A stretch of DNA of 64,000 nt. It comes from a virus. Within the stretch, counting starts at the first letter, position 1; each line of letters begins with the position of its first letter. The notes under the pieces are model-generated. The model worked only from the letters and a program-made list of their open reading frames with translations, was not told where the DNA came from and ran no database searches. The stretch is from positions 5,772 through 69,771 of the IMG/VR virus record IMGVR_UViG_3300044624_001994; one strand, written 5' to 3'. The position numbers and the translations under genes are program-made. Of this stretch, positions 27,148 through 36,041 are shown piece after piece.

Positions 27148-27439
27148 CTATAAATTTTATTATTCGTTCTGAAAAAATTATAATATCATATCTCGTAATT
27201 TTTGTTTTAGGGTTACATACATCAATATAGCCGTAGAATAGCTTATCAATAACAAATACATCACATACGTTCCAGTATCCGTTTTCAATATAATTATGTA
27301 GGTAATCATCTGCTATTTGCCTTAATGCCTTATTCCAGTCAGCAACAGTAAACATATCTTGCATCACACAAGCTAATTTTACGTTATCATTACTTCCTTG
27401 CAATAAATCGTACAATTTTGTAGATGTCCCTGGTTTCAT
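27137..27439 (-). CDS. Hypothetical protein
   Basis: 100 aa in the operon. Confidence 0.6.
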   Translation of the reverse strand: MKPGTSTKLYDLLQGSNDNVKLACVMQDMFTVADWNKALRQIADDYLHNYIENGYWNVCDVFVIDKLFYGYIDVCNPKTKITRYDIIIFSERIIKFIDDV

Positions 27440-27447
27440 GATAAAAA

Positions 27448-28080
27448 TTATTTTGTATCGTAAAACATTCTATTGCTATCCTCTGTCTGCCATTTTTCGA
27501 AACCTTCGCAGTTGTAATATTCTTTGTTGACTAAATAATCAGGTTTTTCAGGGAAAGGCTTAGTGACAAATGATGGTTCGCTCCATTTTATTCTATTGTT
27601 TGGCTGCAAAGCAATTTGGCCGTTGTCTAATAAGATAATATGATGCGACTTATGTTCCATCGGGTCCTCTGATAGACTTAAATCCGTATTTAGGTCATTG
27701 CTACCCCAGTTTATTGTAGCGTAGTAGCTTCCGTTGTACCATTTCTTGTCTTTCATAAAAACAGATACTCGTGTGTCATAGACATAGCTAAGATGAACCA
27801 AAGAGAAATTGTACGAAAAGCAGTTCCATATTTGTAGGTAATGGAAAGGCAAGTCTGGATTAGGTGTTTTAGGCTCTAACAATAAAGCATGGGAAGGTAA
27901 TTTATCCCTCATAACTCCATTGTCCAATAGGACTTGAAATAATGCAGCTTGACCGGGCATGCACCGAACAGACATAATTACTGCTTCTGTAAATTCATTA
28001 AAACCTTTTTTGTTTTGGTAAAGATATTCATTCCTTACAAATACTTTTAAAGGGAAGAAATTGTGTTCAATGTGTGCCAT
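27448..28080 (-). CDS. Hypothetical phage protein
   Basis: 210 aa; LQIWNCFSY, EHKSHH, GQIALQPNNRI. Confidence 0.75.
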   Translation of the reverse strand: MAHIEHNFFPLKVFVRNEYLYQNKKGFNEFTEAVIMSVRCMPGQAALFQVLLDNGVMRDKLPSHALLLEPKTPNPDLPFHYLQIWNCFSYNFSLVHLSYVYDTRVSVFMKDKKWYNGSYYATINWGSNDLNTDLSLSEDPMEHKSHHIILLDNGQIALQPNNRIKWSEPSFVTKPFPEKPDYLVNKEYYNCEGFEKWQTEDSNRMFYDTK

Positions 28081-28277
28081 TACTTTTTTGATTTATAGGT
28101 TTTGTTGTAATATTGTTCGCCTTTTTCATCCCAACCTAATTGGCGTTGAGAATTAACTGCATCTTTTATCTGCTGCTCAAAAAGTTCTTCGGCTTGTTCA
28201 AATAATTCCGCATAATGCCCAGAATCTTCTAAAAAAAGTGATGGAAGATTTTGTTTTAAAAATTCTACTACTGTCAT
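28080..28277 (-). CDS. Hypothetical protein
   Basis: 65 aa, MTVVEFL..EQQIKDA..EQYYNKTY. Confidence 0.65.
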   Translation of the reverse strand: MTVVEFLKQNLPSLFLEDSGHYAELFEQAEELFEQQIKDAVNSQRQLGWDEKGEQYYNKTYKSKK

Positions 28278-28296
28278 ATAATTTATTTTTATTGTT

Positions 28297-29886
28297 TTAA
28301 AAAGGCATATCCGGATCTATATCAATACTTTCAGATTCACTATTTTTAAGATGTTGATTCGTCTGATTAGTGTAATTAAATGGCTTGTTTTTTAAGCTGG
28401 TAAATCTCGTTATAGGAGCATTAAAAAAACATTTTACAGTATCTAATGCTCCGTTTCTATGTTTCGAAATAATTAGCTCTGCTATGCCTTCTGTGTTCCC
28501 ATAATCATCTTCGAAAATTTTGTAATATTCAGAGCGATAAGTAAACAAAACTATGTCTGCATCCTGCTCTATTGAGCCGCTGTCACGAAGGTCTGATAGT
28601 AATGGCCTTTTATCCATTCTTGTTTCACATGACCTGCTTAACTGGGAAAGAGCAAATACTGGACAACCAGTAGATTTTGCAATTATCTTTAATCCTCGGC
28701 TGTTTTCACCAACTATGTTTTCTCTATTAGTAATCCTACTATCTATGCCCGACATCAATTGTATGTAATCCACATAGATTTTTTTAATACCATGCTTTTG
28801 TTTCATCGCCAATGATTTATCCAAAATGTATCTCCAATTTACTCCTGGTGTATCATCAATATAAATTGGTAAATTTGGCAATTCTTCCGATACAAATGTA
28901 AGCAATTCTTGTTTTTTGTAATTAACTGCTGTGTATAAATCGTAATTTTTAATAATGCAAAACATTCTTATAGCCAACTGCAATGCGCTCATTTCAAGTG
29001 AGAAGAATGCAATTGGTATTCCTTCTTTTACTGATTCAGCTGCATCTGATATTGCAAGTGCCGTTTTACCCATGCCGGGCCTTCCTGCTATAATTATTAA
29101 ATCTGTCGGCTGCCAACCCTTGGTAACAATATCTAATTCCGGAACACAAGAATTTAGGCCAGTAACTCCAGTGCCTTGCTGCAATGATTTTTCATATTTT
29201 TCAATATATTCCATCATCTGCTGCGCCAACGATACCCCATCTTGATATGTCTTTTGTTGCTGCTGCGCCAGTTGAGATAAATCTTCTATAAGTTTTAAGC
29301 GATACTCATGCGCCATGTCCGGATTTGTATTAAATGCTTCATGTACTGCCTCGGCACATCTTTTCCAAATTCCCCTTAAAACAAAATAGTCTTGTACTTC
29401 TTTTATTCGGTCCATGTAACCAACATCTGAAATGCAATCTTTAGTAATTGCTTCTAAATATCTTTTTCCCCCAGCTGCTTCTGTTTTCTTATTAGCTTCT
29501 AAGTAAACATAAACCGCATCTAATGTCAATTCTTTGCCCTTGTTATGCAATTCTTTGCAGGATGACCATATCAATGAGTGTCTTACATCATAAAAATGCT
29601 CTGATGTCAATGTAGTGCATTGAGGTAATACTATTCCAGGATAAAGTATAATTCTTGCCAACAATGATGTTTCTGATTCAATGTTATGCGGAGGTGTTTT
29701 TTGAAACAAAAATTCCGACAATACTTCTGTTCCAACATTTTTACTCAATAGATTTTGTAAAGATTCATCCAATTTTTCTTGAAGCCAAATTTGGTCATTG
29801 CGGCCCAACACATCTTCGAACTTTTTTACTATGCTGTTAACTTCCTCAATAATATGCCTATTGTTGTATTTTACTTTCTTATTCAT
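28297..29886 (-). CDS. dnaB: Replicative DNA helicase
   Basis: PPHNIESE, AGRPGMGKT, FSLEMS, VDYIQL, LSQLSR, RPLLSDLRDSGSIEQDAD, KHRNG. Confidence 0.96.
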   Translation of the reverse strand: MNKKVKYNNRHIIEEVNSIVKKFEDVLGRNDQIWLQEKLDESLQNLLSKNVGTEVLSEFLFQKTPPHNIESETSLLARIILYPGIVLPQCTTLTSEHFYDVRHSLIWSSCKELHNKGKELTLDAVYVYLEANKKTEAAGGKRYLEAITKDCISDVGYMDRIKEVQDYFVLRGIWKRCAEAVHEAFNTNPDMAHEYRLKLIEDLSQLAQQQQKTYQDGVSLAQQMMEYIEKYEKSLQQGTGVTGLNSCVPELDIVTKGWQPTDLIIIAGRPGMGKTALAISDAAESVKEGIPIAFFSLEMSALQLAIRMFCIIKNYDLYTAVNYKKQELLTFVSEELPNLPIYIDDTPGVNWRYILDKSLAMKQKHGIKKIYVDYIQLMSGIDSRITNRENIVGENSRGLKIIAKSTGCPVFALSQLSRSCETRMDKRPLLSDLRDSGSIEQDADIVLFTYRSEYYKIFEDDYGNTEGIAELIISKHRNGALDTVKCFFNAPITRFTSLKNKPFNYTNQTNQHLKNSESESIDIDPDMPF

Positions 29887-30928
29887 AAGTCTTTTGGGTT
29901 TTAATAATCGCCTCGTAAAGATGTTTGTAGTTTCGCTTGTAAGGAGATGTTTCTATTTCTTCAAGTAATTGTAACAACCAGTGCCTACTTTCTATTGTAG
30001 TGTCAAATTTCCATGCTAATGTAACCCATTCGTTTAATGTTGGTTGAACCATTTTTGACAAGAACTTAGTAGGCTTTATTTTTTCAGCAACTATATTGTA
30101 GAATTTTGTAATATCCTTTTCAATAAACTTGTCCAATCCTTTAGTTTTACCTGAATCTTCCATAGCTTTTATAAATGATTCTTTTTTGCTTTGAAGCGTT
30201 TCTCCTTTTACTGGTTTCACTTCTTCTCGATCTCTACCCATCCAATCGCAAAATCTTTTAAACAAGTCCGGAAATGTTTTCACCTGCTTGTAGTATTGTT
30301 GAGAAAATGAAGCTGCTGCAAATTTCCTCACATAGCTTTTAATTTCATCATCCGTTTTTTTGGTTCTTGCCAGTTCACGAGCAAGTTTAAGATTGGATTC
30401 GCTTTTAATAAATAATTCTAATTTTTCTACTGCATCGCTCATGTCATAGACAGAAAACCTTGGATAGAAATTTTCTGAAAATTGCGAAAATTCATCTTTC
30501 TCTATATTATTATTATTTTTTATTAATATATTATTATTTGTTCTCCCTTTGGTCGAATCAAGTTTCTCCTTTTGGGAGATACTTGTTTGCCGACTTTTTT
30601 CACTTAAAAGTAAATCGCTAATAGCATCTGATTTTAACCGATAATGCTTGACTGCCGGCAGGCCCCTTAGTGCCGTTTCAAGCAATCCATGTTCTTCTAA
30701 CACCTTAACACATTTTAGCTGTACTTTCGCAGACAATGTTGTTTCTTCTTCTATTTCGGCCTGTGTGCGATAAAAGAAACCATCTGATACTTTATCCGTG
30801 CCATCCCAATATAATTGAGCAGAGGCTAAATCTGCAAGTAATACGGCAGATTCTAAGCCGATTATCCTTGATAGTTTTTTATTTACTATCAGAAATGACT
30901 TTGACGATAAAAGATTTAATACGCTCAT
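29879..30928 (-). CDS. Replication initiator-like protein with N-terminal winged helix
   Basis: NKKLSRIIGLESAVLLADL..FFYRTQAEIEEETTLS..GLPAVKHYR; directly upstream of dnaB. Confidence 0.7.
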   Translation of the reverse strand: MSVLNLLSSKSFLIVNKKLSRIIGLESAVLLADLASAQLYWDGTDKVSDGFFYRTQAEIEEETTLSAKVQLKCVKVLEEHGLLETALRGLPAVKHYRLKSDAISDLLLSEKSRQTSISQKEKLDSTKGRTNNNILIKNNNNIEKDEFSQFSENFYPRFSVYDMSDAVEKLELFIKSESNLKLARELARTKKTDDEIKSYVRKFAAASFSQQYYKQVKTFPDLFKRFCDWMGRDREEVKPVKGETLQSKKESFIKAMEDSGKTKGLDKFIEKDITKFYNIVAEKIKPTKFLSKMVQPTLNEWVTLAWKFDTTIESRHWLLQLLEEIETSPYKRNYKHLYEAIIKTQKTYE

Positions 30929-30930
30929 AC

Positions 30931-30984
30931 AAAAAAGGAAGCCACCACCGGGGACTGGTAGCAGACAGTCTTACCGATGATGGC
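30931..30984 (-). terminator. Terminator/attenuator hairpin in the leader of the replication initiator
   Basis: Minus-strand RNA GCCAUCAUCGG/CCGGUGGUGGC (two G-U pairs) plus GACUG/CAGUC, then UUCCUUUUUU ending 2 nt before the ATG. Confidence 0.65.
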
Positions 30985-31031
30985 AAATATTTTATTGTTA
31001 TCAGATGATTATGTACTGCTACCTACACAAT

Positions 31032-31511
31032 TCACTTTCTAAACTTTGAGAATGCTTTGGCTCTTTGAGCAATCATGTAAGCATCTCTTTTATCTTGTTC
31101 ACTTTTTAATCCCTTGTAGTTTTCTAAAACCATTTTGTCTTGTCTGACTATGGCATCAAATATATTGTTTGGTATTTTTGCACCTTTTTGTTCTGGTGAA
31201 ATTTCTAAAACATTTTCTGTTCCAAACACTACTCTACATACATCTACTGTTGCTTGGCTTATGGCTTGATTTTTTCCTGCATCCCTTGATATTTTGGCAA
31301 TCACATTTTTATTGCCCTTCATATCAAATGTTACATTTTGCATATTTGAATTTTCTATCGCAATCCAAATTTTACTATCATACCTAAACTCGTACACCCA
31401 TTTTAAAAAATCCAAAAAGCCATTAAAGATTATAAACTTCGCAATCGTATCATCCATTATACAAACTGCAAATCCTTTTTGTCTAAATGATGGGTCTATG
31501 CCTATATACAT
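31032..31511 (-). CDS. RuvC-like Holliday junction resolvase
   Basis: YIGIDPS, IAIEN, KRDAYMIA (RNase H fold acidic residues). Confidence 0.75.
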   Translation of the reverse strand: MYIGIDPSFRQKGFAVCIMDDTIAKFIIFNGFLDFLKWVYEFRYDSKIWIAIENSNMQNVTFDMKGNKNVIAKISRDAGKNQAISQATVDVCRVVFGTENVLEISPEQKGAKIPNNIFDAIVRQDKMVLENYKGLKSEQDKRDAYMIAQRAKAFSKFRK

Positions 31512-31520
31512 GATACAAAA

Positions 31521-31547
31521 TAAAAGCCAGCGATTAACTGGCTTTTA
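31521..31547. terminator. Bidirectional hairpin
   Basis: TAAAAGCCAG-CGATTAA-CTGGCTTTTA. Confidence 0.6.
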
Positions 31548-31583
31548 AAACTTATTTATTGACCTTATTACTTAATGCCGATA

Positions 31584-31591
31584 CAAATATA
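31584..31591 (-). promoter_or_regulatory. Candidate -7 promoter element for the replication module
   Basis: Minus-strand TATATTTG in the intergenic gap. Confidence 0.45.
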
Positions 31592-31617
31592 GGAATAGAT
31601 TTTGAATAAAAAATATT

Positions 31618-31872
31618 TTATGATATTTTTTCTTTATCATTATTCTCTACTTTTTTCTGTTGCACTTTTCCGTACAGCAATGTTCCAACAAATGCTGCAA
31701 TTGATGTAAGAAATATAGACATACCAGACCAGTCTAATGAGCTGCATTTTGTTGCGTGAATGATAAGGTAAATAAAAACACCAACACATAACAAACAAAC
31801 GCAAAGTGTTCCAAGGAGAAGTGTCACTCGCATACTTGAAACATCGGTACTTTCTTTAAGGAAGTTAAACAT
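31618..31872 (-). CDS. Putative holin (2 TM)
   Basis: SSMRV motif, two hydrophobic helices, charged tail GKVQQKKVE. Confidence 0.55.
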   Translation of the reverse strand: MFNFLKESTDVSSMRVTLLLGTLCVCLLCVGVFIYLIIHATKCSSLDWSGMSIFLTSIAAFVGTLLYGKVQQKKVENNDKEKIS

Positions 31873-31877
31873 ATTAG

Positions 31878-32180
31878 TTAGTTTTTTTCAAGTTTTTCAA
31901 CAAGGTTGAGTAATTTTTTCATCATTGATGTATTGTTTTCAATGACATGATTGTTGGATGCAACAGTTTCCATTAGTTTTGTTCGATCTTCTACAAGATA
32001 CTCTTCAAGTCTTTTTTCTAATTCTTGTATTCTTGATTCGTTTTTCTTATGCCAAACAAAAAACTGTTTGCCCATAAAAACTATAACGCCAATCATTAGC
32101 ATTGCAAAAATGCCTAATACCCCATAATTGGTTAAATTGGAAACTACTGCCTGGTCTGCTTGCAATAAGAGTGTGTTCAT
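31878..32180 (-). CDS. Holin-like membrane protein (1 TM + coiled coil)
   Basis: LTNYGVLGIFAMLMIGVIVFM followed by a coiled coil. Confidence 0.5.
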   Translation of the reverse strand: MNTLLLQADQAVVSNLTNYGVLGIFAMLMIGVIVFMGKQFFVWHKKNESRIQELEKRLEEYLVEDRTKLMETVASNNHVIENNTSMMKKLLNLVEKLEKN

Positions 32181-32182
32181 TT

Positions 32183-32371
32183 TTATTTGTATTCAGTTAT
32201 AATTAAATATTTGACCCACCAACAATCAATGTTTTCGTTATTAAGTATTTGATACAAAGGTAATATCCAATCTCCATTTGTCATTCTTAATGGAGTAAAA
32301 ATATGACCTTCTGCATAATGTTTATCTAAAAGGTATTTTAGTTCTTCTTCATCTAATATACCACCTAACAT
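32183..32371 (-). CDS. Small protein, paralog of 32383-32604
   Basis: FTPLRMTNGDWIL..WWVKYLIITEY. Confidence 0.6.
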   Translation of the reverse strand: MLGGILDEEELKYLLDKHYAEGHIFTPLRMTNGDWILPLYQILNNENIDCWWVKYLIITEYK

Positions 32372-32382
32372 GTTTTTTATTT

Positions 32383-32604
32383 TTATTCTTCAAATAATGG
32401 AGGCTCAGGTTTTGGTGTATATTCAATCAAAGGTAGTGTTTTTACCCATTGAAATTCAGGAGTCACACATTGGTCAATCTCTTCAACTGAAATTATCCAA
32501 TCGTCATATGCATCCTGTATTGGGTTAAAATAGCTGTCCTCATCGTAAAGCTGACCGACAAGCTCATTTTTTTGCGATTCTGTTAATAGTCCTACGTATG
32601 TCAT
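32383..32604 (-). CDS. Small tail-fibre-associated protein
   Basis: FNPIQDAYDDWII..WVKTLPLIEY; follows the fibre gene. Confidence 0.6.
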   Translation of the reverse strand: MTYVGLLTESQKNELVGQLYDEDSYFNPIQDAYDDWIISVEEIDQCVTPEFQWVKTLPLIEYTPKPEPPLFEE

Positions 32605-34244
32605 AATCTTCCTAATGTTGTATTAAATGTTACTACTGCATTTCTTAAACTTAATCCTTCTGCTGCTGATAAGCCATCTCCTAAACTATGAAAAGCAATA
32701 GACATACTTGCATAATTTGCAGCTGCAGCAGCATTATTATGAGCAGCAAGATAACAATTTAAAGCAGGTAAAGAATTAGATGTTGTAGTTGTAGTTGGCG
32801 TTGTTGAAGTTCCATCAGCTTTAACTATAAACATATTGTTATTAGCTGTTCTTGACGATGCTCTAAATCCTTTTAATGAAGATGCTGTAACTGGTGATTC
32901 AGTATTTGTTATAGATAAATCTCTAAATGTTAATGTTGCTCCAGATGTTTCTATTGTTGTTCTAAAATTAAACGATGATGAACTTTGCGCTCCACCCATA
33001 CTTCTTAATCCTGTACCCGAGTTATCTGTATTATGATAAAAAGCATGATGATGTGAAAACTGTTGCAATATCGTATTAGCATTTAAAAATGTATCAGCAT
33101 AACCATTTGTACCATTTGGTAAAGCACCAGCAGAAGAATGAGTCCACCCACCTATAAAAGAAAGTCTATATGCTGCATTAGTATCTTGTGGATTTACAAG
33201 ATTCCATTTGTGTGTAGAAGCTGTTCCACCTACAAGTGGATAAACTGCTTTCATCTTAGTCCATATTCCTGCTGTTTTTAAATCATTTACAAAAGTATTA
33301 ACTGCTGACTTTTGAGTGTTATCTGTTATTTGTGAAGCATATAAGAAAGCATTTGTTTCATTGTTATATGCTGTATTATAATAGTTTGGATTAAAAGGAT
33401 TAACATTTCTACCTAATGCGTATTGATAACCTTCAACTATTTGATTAAATACTAATGCTTCGGTATCAGTTAATCCATCACCTATTGATGCAAAGGCACA
33501 TTCACGATTTGAAAAATATTGTGGTGTATCTGTTGAACCACCTCCGTGATTATTTGATGCGCCAATAAAATAATTAGTTGATGATGTTGCATTGCTTGGA
33601 GCAGCTCCTGTTACTACTTTAGTACCATTTCTAAAAATATTTATTACATTACTTGCGGTTCTATTACCATTAAAAAATCCTGATGTATCAGTTGCAGATA
33701 CAAAATTATAAGCTGCTGAATTGTTAAATCTAAAATACCAACTTCCTGAATTTCCCAAATCTAAATCTGTATAACTATCGGGTCCAGATTTTAAAGAACC
33801 CATGTCTATTCTTAATGATGCAGCAGAGTTATTAGTTCTTGAATAATAACTCATGTGCCCTGAGTTTAAAGAAAGATGTGTAGCAGAGTTAAGAAATGTA
33901 TTTGCATAAGCATTAGTTCCATTAGGTGTTGCGCCTGTTGAACTATGTGTCCATCCTCCTGAAAACACCAATCTAAAAGCTGCATTAGTATCTAAAGGAT
34001 TTTTTAAATTCCATTTGTGGCTACTTGCTGTACCACCAACAAATGGAAAAATGGCTTGCATTTTAATCCAAATACCAGCAGCTTTGCAATTAACAACTAA
34101 AGTATTTATTGCATTTTTTTGAGTATTATCTGTTAAAGATGCGGCAGTAATAAATGCCTGTGCATCTGGGTCAAAAGATGACTTAGCTTTTATATAAGTT
34201 CCTATTTTAGAACTTGTATTTCCTGCTTTTATATATGCTTTCAT
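32601..34244 (-). CDS. Tail fibre/receptor-binding-like protein with internal duplication
   Basis: Two ~250-aa units each containing P.VGGTAS.HKWNL.NP.DTNAA.RL.F.GGWTHSS.GA.PNGTN.YA.TFLN. Confidence 0.65.
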   Translation of the reverse strand: MKAYIKAGNTSSKIGTYIKAKSSFDPDAQAFITAASLTDNTQKNAINTLVVNCKAAGIWIKMQAIFPFVGGTASSHKWNLKNPLDTNAAFRLVFSGGWTHSSTGATPNGTNAYANTFLNSATHLSLNSGHMSYYSRTNNSAASLRIDMGSLKSGPDSYTDLDLGNSGSWYFRFNNSAAYNFVSATDTSGFFNGNRTASNVINIFRNGTKVVTGAAPSNATSSTNYFIGASNNHGGGSTDTPQYFSNRECAFASIGDGLTDTEALVFNQIVEGYQYALGRNVNPFNPNYYNTAYNNETNAFLYASQITDNTQKSAVNTFVNDLKTAGIWTKMKAVYPLVGGTASTHKWNLVNPQDTNAAYRLSFIGGWTHSSAGALPNGTNGYADTFLNANTILQQFSHHHAFYHNTDNSGTGLRSMGGAQSSSSFNFRTTIETSGATLTFRDLSITNTESPVTASSLKGFRASSRTANNNMFIVKADGTSTTPTTTTTSNSLPALNCYLAAHNNAAAAANYASMSIAFHSLGDGLSAAEGLSLRNAVVTFNTTLGRL

Positions 34245-35429
34245 CTATGCTTTAGTAATGTTTAAGTTAATAACTGCTGCTGTATTTACTGTAACTGTTA
34301 TTTTACTACCTATTGCAATAGTATTTGTAAGCGTATAAGATGCCCCATCATCAAGTATTGTAGTAGTGGGACTATTTAAAATATTGCTTATTGTGTTAAT
34401 CTTTAAAGCATAAGGAGCATAAATATCAACAGTAAGTGCATCAATCAACTCTACTGTATAAACAATACCACTATTAACCCAAAGTGTGCCGTTATACTCT
34501 AAAAAATCGCCATTTTCAGCACTTGTGATAGTCACATCGTGCAGCTCAGCTAATTCATCTACTCCTTCCTCAACCTTAACAAATATCTTTCCGTTTACTG
34601 CGTGTGCATAAGTTACCCAACCAAGTTGAACGGGATGATTTGCAGGTTCTATATTTGAAATTCCTCCTGCAACGGTTTCAGATAGCCATAAAGCGTCACC
34701 ATCTGCCCACGTTTCAGATTGCAAAGAACCCGTTGTATCTATACCCCTAACATATCCAAATGTGGTTATAAACCCTTCCTGATTGTTTGCAATGTTTTCC
34801 GTTACAAGTCCTAAAATTCCGCTGTGGTTAGCCTTCGTGTTTGCCTGTGCTAACAAAACAGCTAAACGCTGACCCTGTGAACCCCCTTCACTTGCTGTTC
34901 TAATCCTTACAACTTTGTATTCAGATTGCAGTAGGTTAGCACTTGTTTTATTTACAACTCTGATAACTTCTTCTTGGCCGATTTGTAGCGTTACATTGCC
35001 ACCTTTAAGACCTATGTCCAAAGTACCATCTGTGTTATTCCACGCCAATTCGCCAACACCAACAGAATGTGCTGCTGCTGTGTCAAAACCTAAGTAATCC
35101 AAGTCTATAATTCCAGCATTTGCACTATTACCAATACCTAAAACACCAGCTAAGTCCTGAGAGCCACCCCCTCCTAATTCAAAAAAAAAAATTTTCTCTA
35201 AGATTAAAATTAAGTCAAAAGCGTTGCCAGTAAATGGATTTAAAGTTCCTGCTAATAATTGAGTAGCAGTTACTTCTTCAGCGTTTAATCTAAATAGTTC
35301 AGAACCAAATTTTAACTGCAAAAATTTGTCATCAATAACATCTATTACAGAATTTGTTGGAACTATTTTAAATACTACTCCAGAATTATCGGCAAAACTT
35401 ACATTGCCATCATTTCTTATAATTTGCAT
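34245..35429 (-). CDS. Tail fibre-like structural protein
   Basis: Beta-rich; GFITTFGYVRGIDT and ELAELHDVTITS..GDFLEYNGTLWVN fibre-type motifs. Confidence 0.6.
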   Translation of the reverse strand: MQIIRNDGNVSFADNSGVVFKIVPTNSVIDVIDDKFLQLKFGSELFRLNAEEVTATQLLAGTLNPFTGNAFDLILILEKIFFFELGGGGSQDLAGVLGIGNSANAGIIDLDYLGFDTAAAHSVGVGELAWNNTDGTLDIGLKGGNVTLQIGQEEVIRVVNKTSANLLQSEYKVVRIRTASEGGSQGQRLAVLLAQANTKANHSGILGLVTENIANNQEGFITTFGYVRGIDTTGSLQSETWADGDALWLSETVAGGISNIEPANHPVQLGWVTYAHAVNGKIFVKVEEGVDELAELHDVTITSAENGDFLEYNGTLWVNSGIVYTVELIDALTVDIYAPYALKINTISNILNSPTTTILDDGASYTLTNTIAIGSKITVTVNTAAVINLNITKA

Positions 35430-35437
35430 CCTATGAG

Positions 35438-36022
35438 TTATTTAGGCTGATTGGTATATATTTGTGTAGGAGTTGATGTTACAACAATCGGGTCATCTGC
35501 TAAAAAAGACAGAATTGAACCAGTAACAGGTCCGGCATCGTCTGGAAATGGATAAACAGACTTTATGTTTTTTGTCATAAAGATTCTTTTAATTCCATCC
35601 TGTCCAGTAGCAAATAACATACCCAAGTTTTTATTAGTACCTTGATACCCGGCAATAGTCGTAATGTTTTGAGTAGTGTAAACATTCTCATATTTAGCTT
35701 CCTCAAACATTATCTTTGTACTTGTACCATTATGTTCAACCATCTGCTTAATGTGTTGCGTAAAGTAAATTACATTACGACCAGTTTTAAGATTGGTTGT
35801 ATAAATCATATTCAAGTTGTTCAATGTTACATTTTGCTGATTGAATACAGCAGTCAATGTTTCTTGAATTTCATCGGGTTTTTTAGCACCGATATATCGG
35901 ATGAAAGTCTTAGTTCCCAAATCATTTTGATAAATTGAGAAGATTCTTGGAACTGGAACTGCAATTGAATTTGAGTTTCCAACAAGTTTTACTAATATAA
36001 ATTGACCTTGACCTTTGCTCAT
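35438..36022 (-). CDS. Protein of three ~60-aa FlbD-like beta units
   Basis: Three similar units ending IQETLTAV, TTQNITTI and VTSTPTQI. Confidence 0.45.
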   Translation of the reverse strand: MSKGQGQFILVKLVGNSNSIAVPVPRIFSIYQNDLGTKTFIRYIGAKKPDEIQETLTAVFNQQNVTLNNLNMIYTTNLKTGRNVIYFTQHIKQMVEHNGTSTKIMFEEAKYENVYTTQNITTIAGYQGTNKNLGMLFATGQDGIKRIFMTKNIKSVYPFPDDAGPVTGSILSFLADDPIVVTSTPTQIYTNQPK

Positions 36023-36041
36023 TGTATTATGTTTTTAGTTG

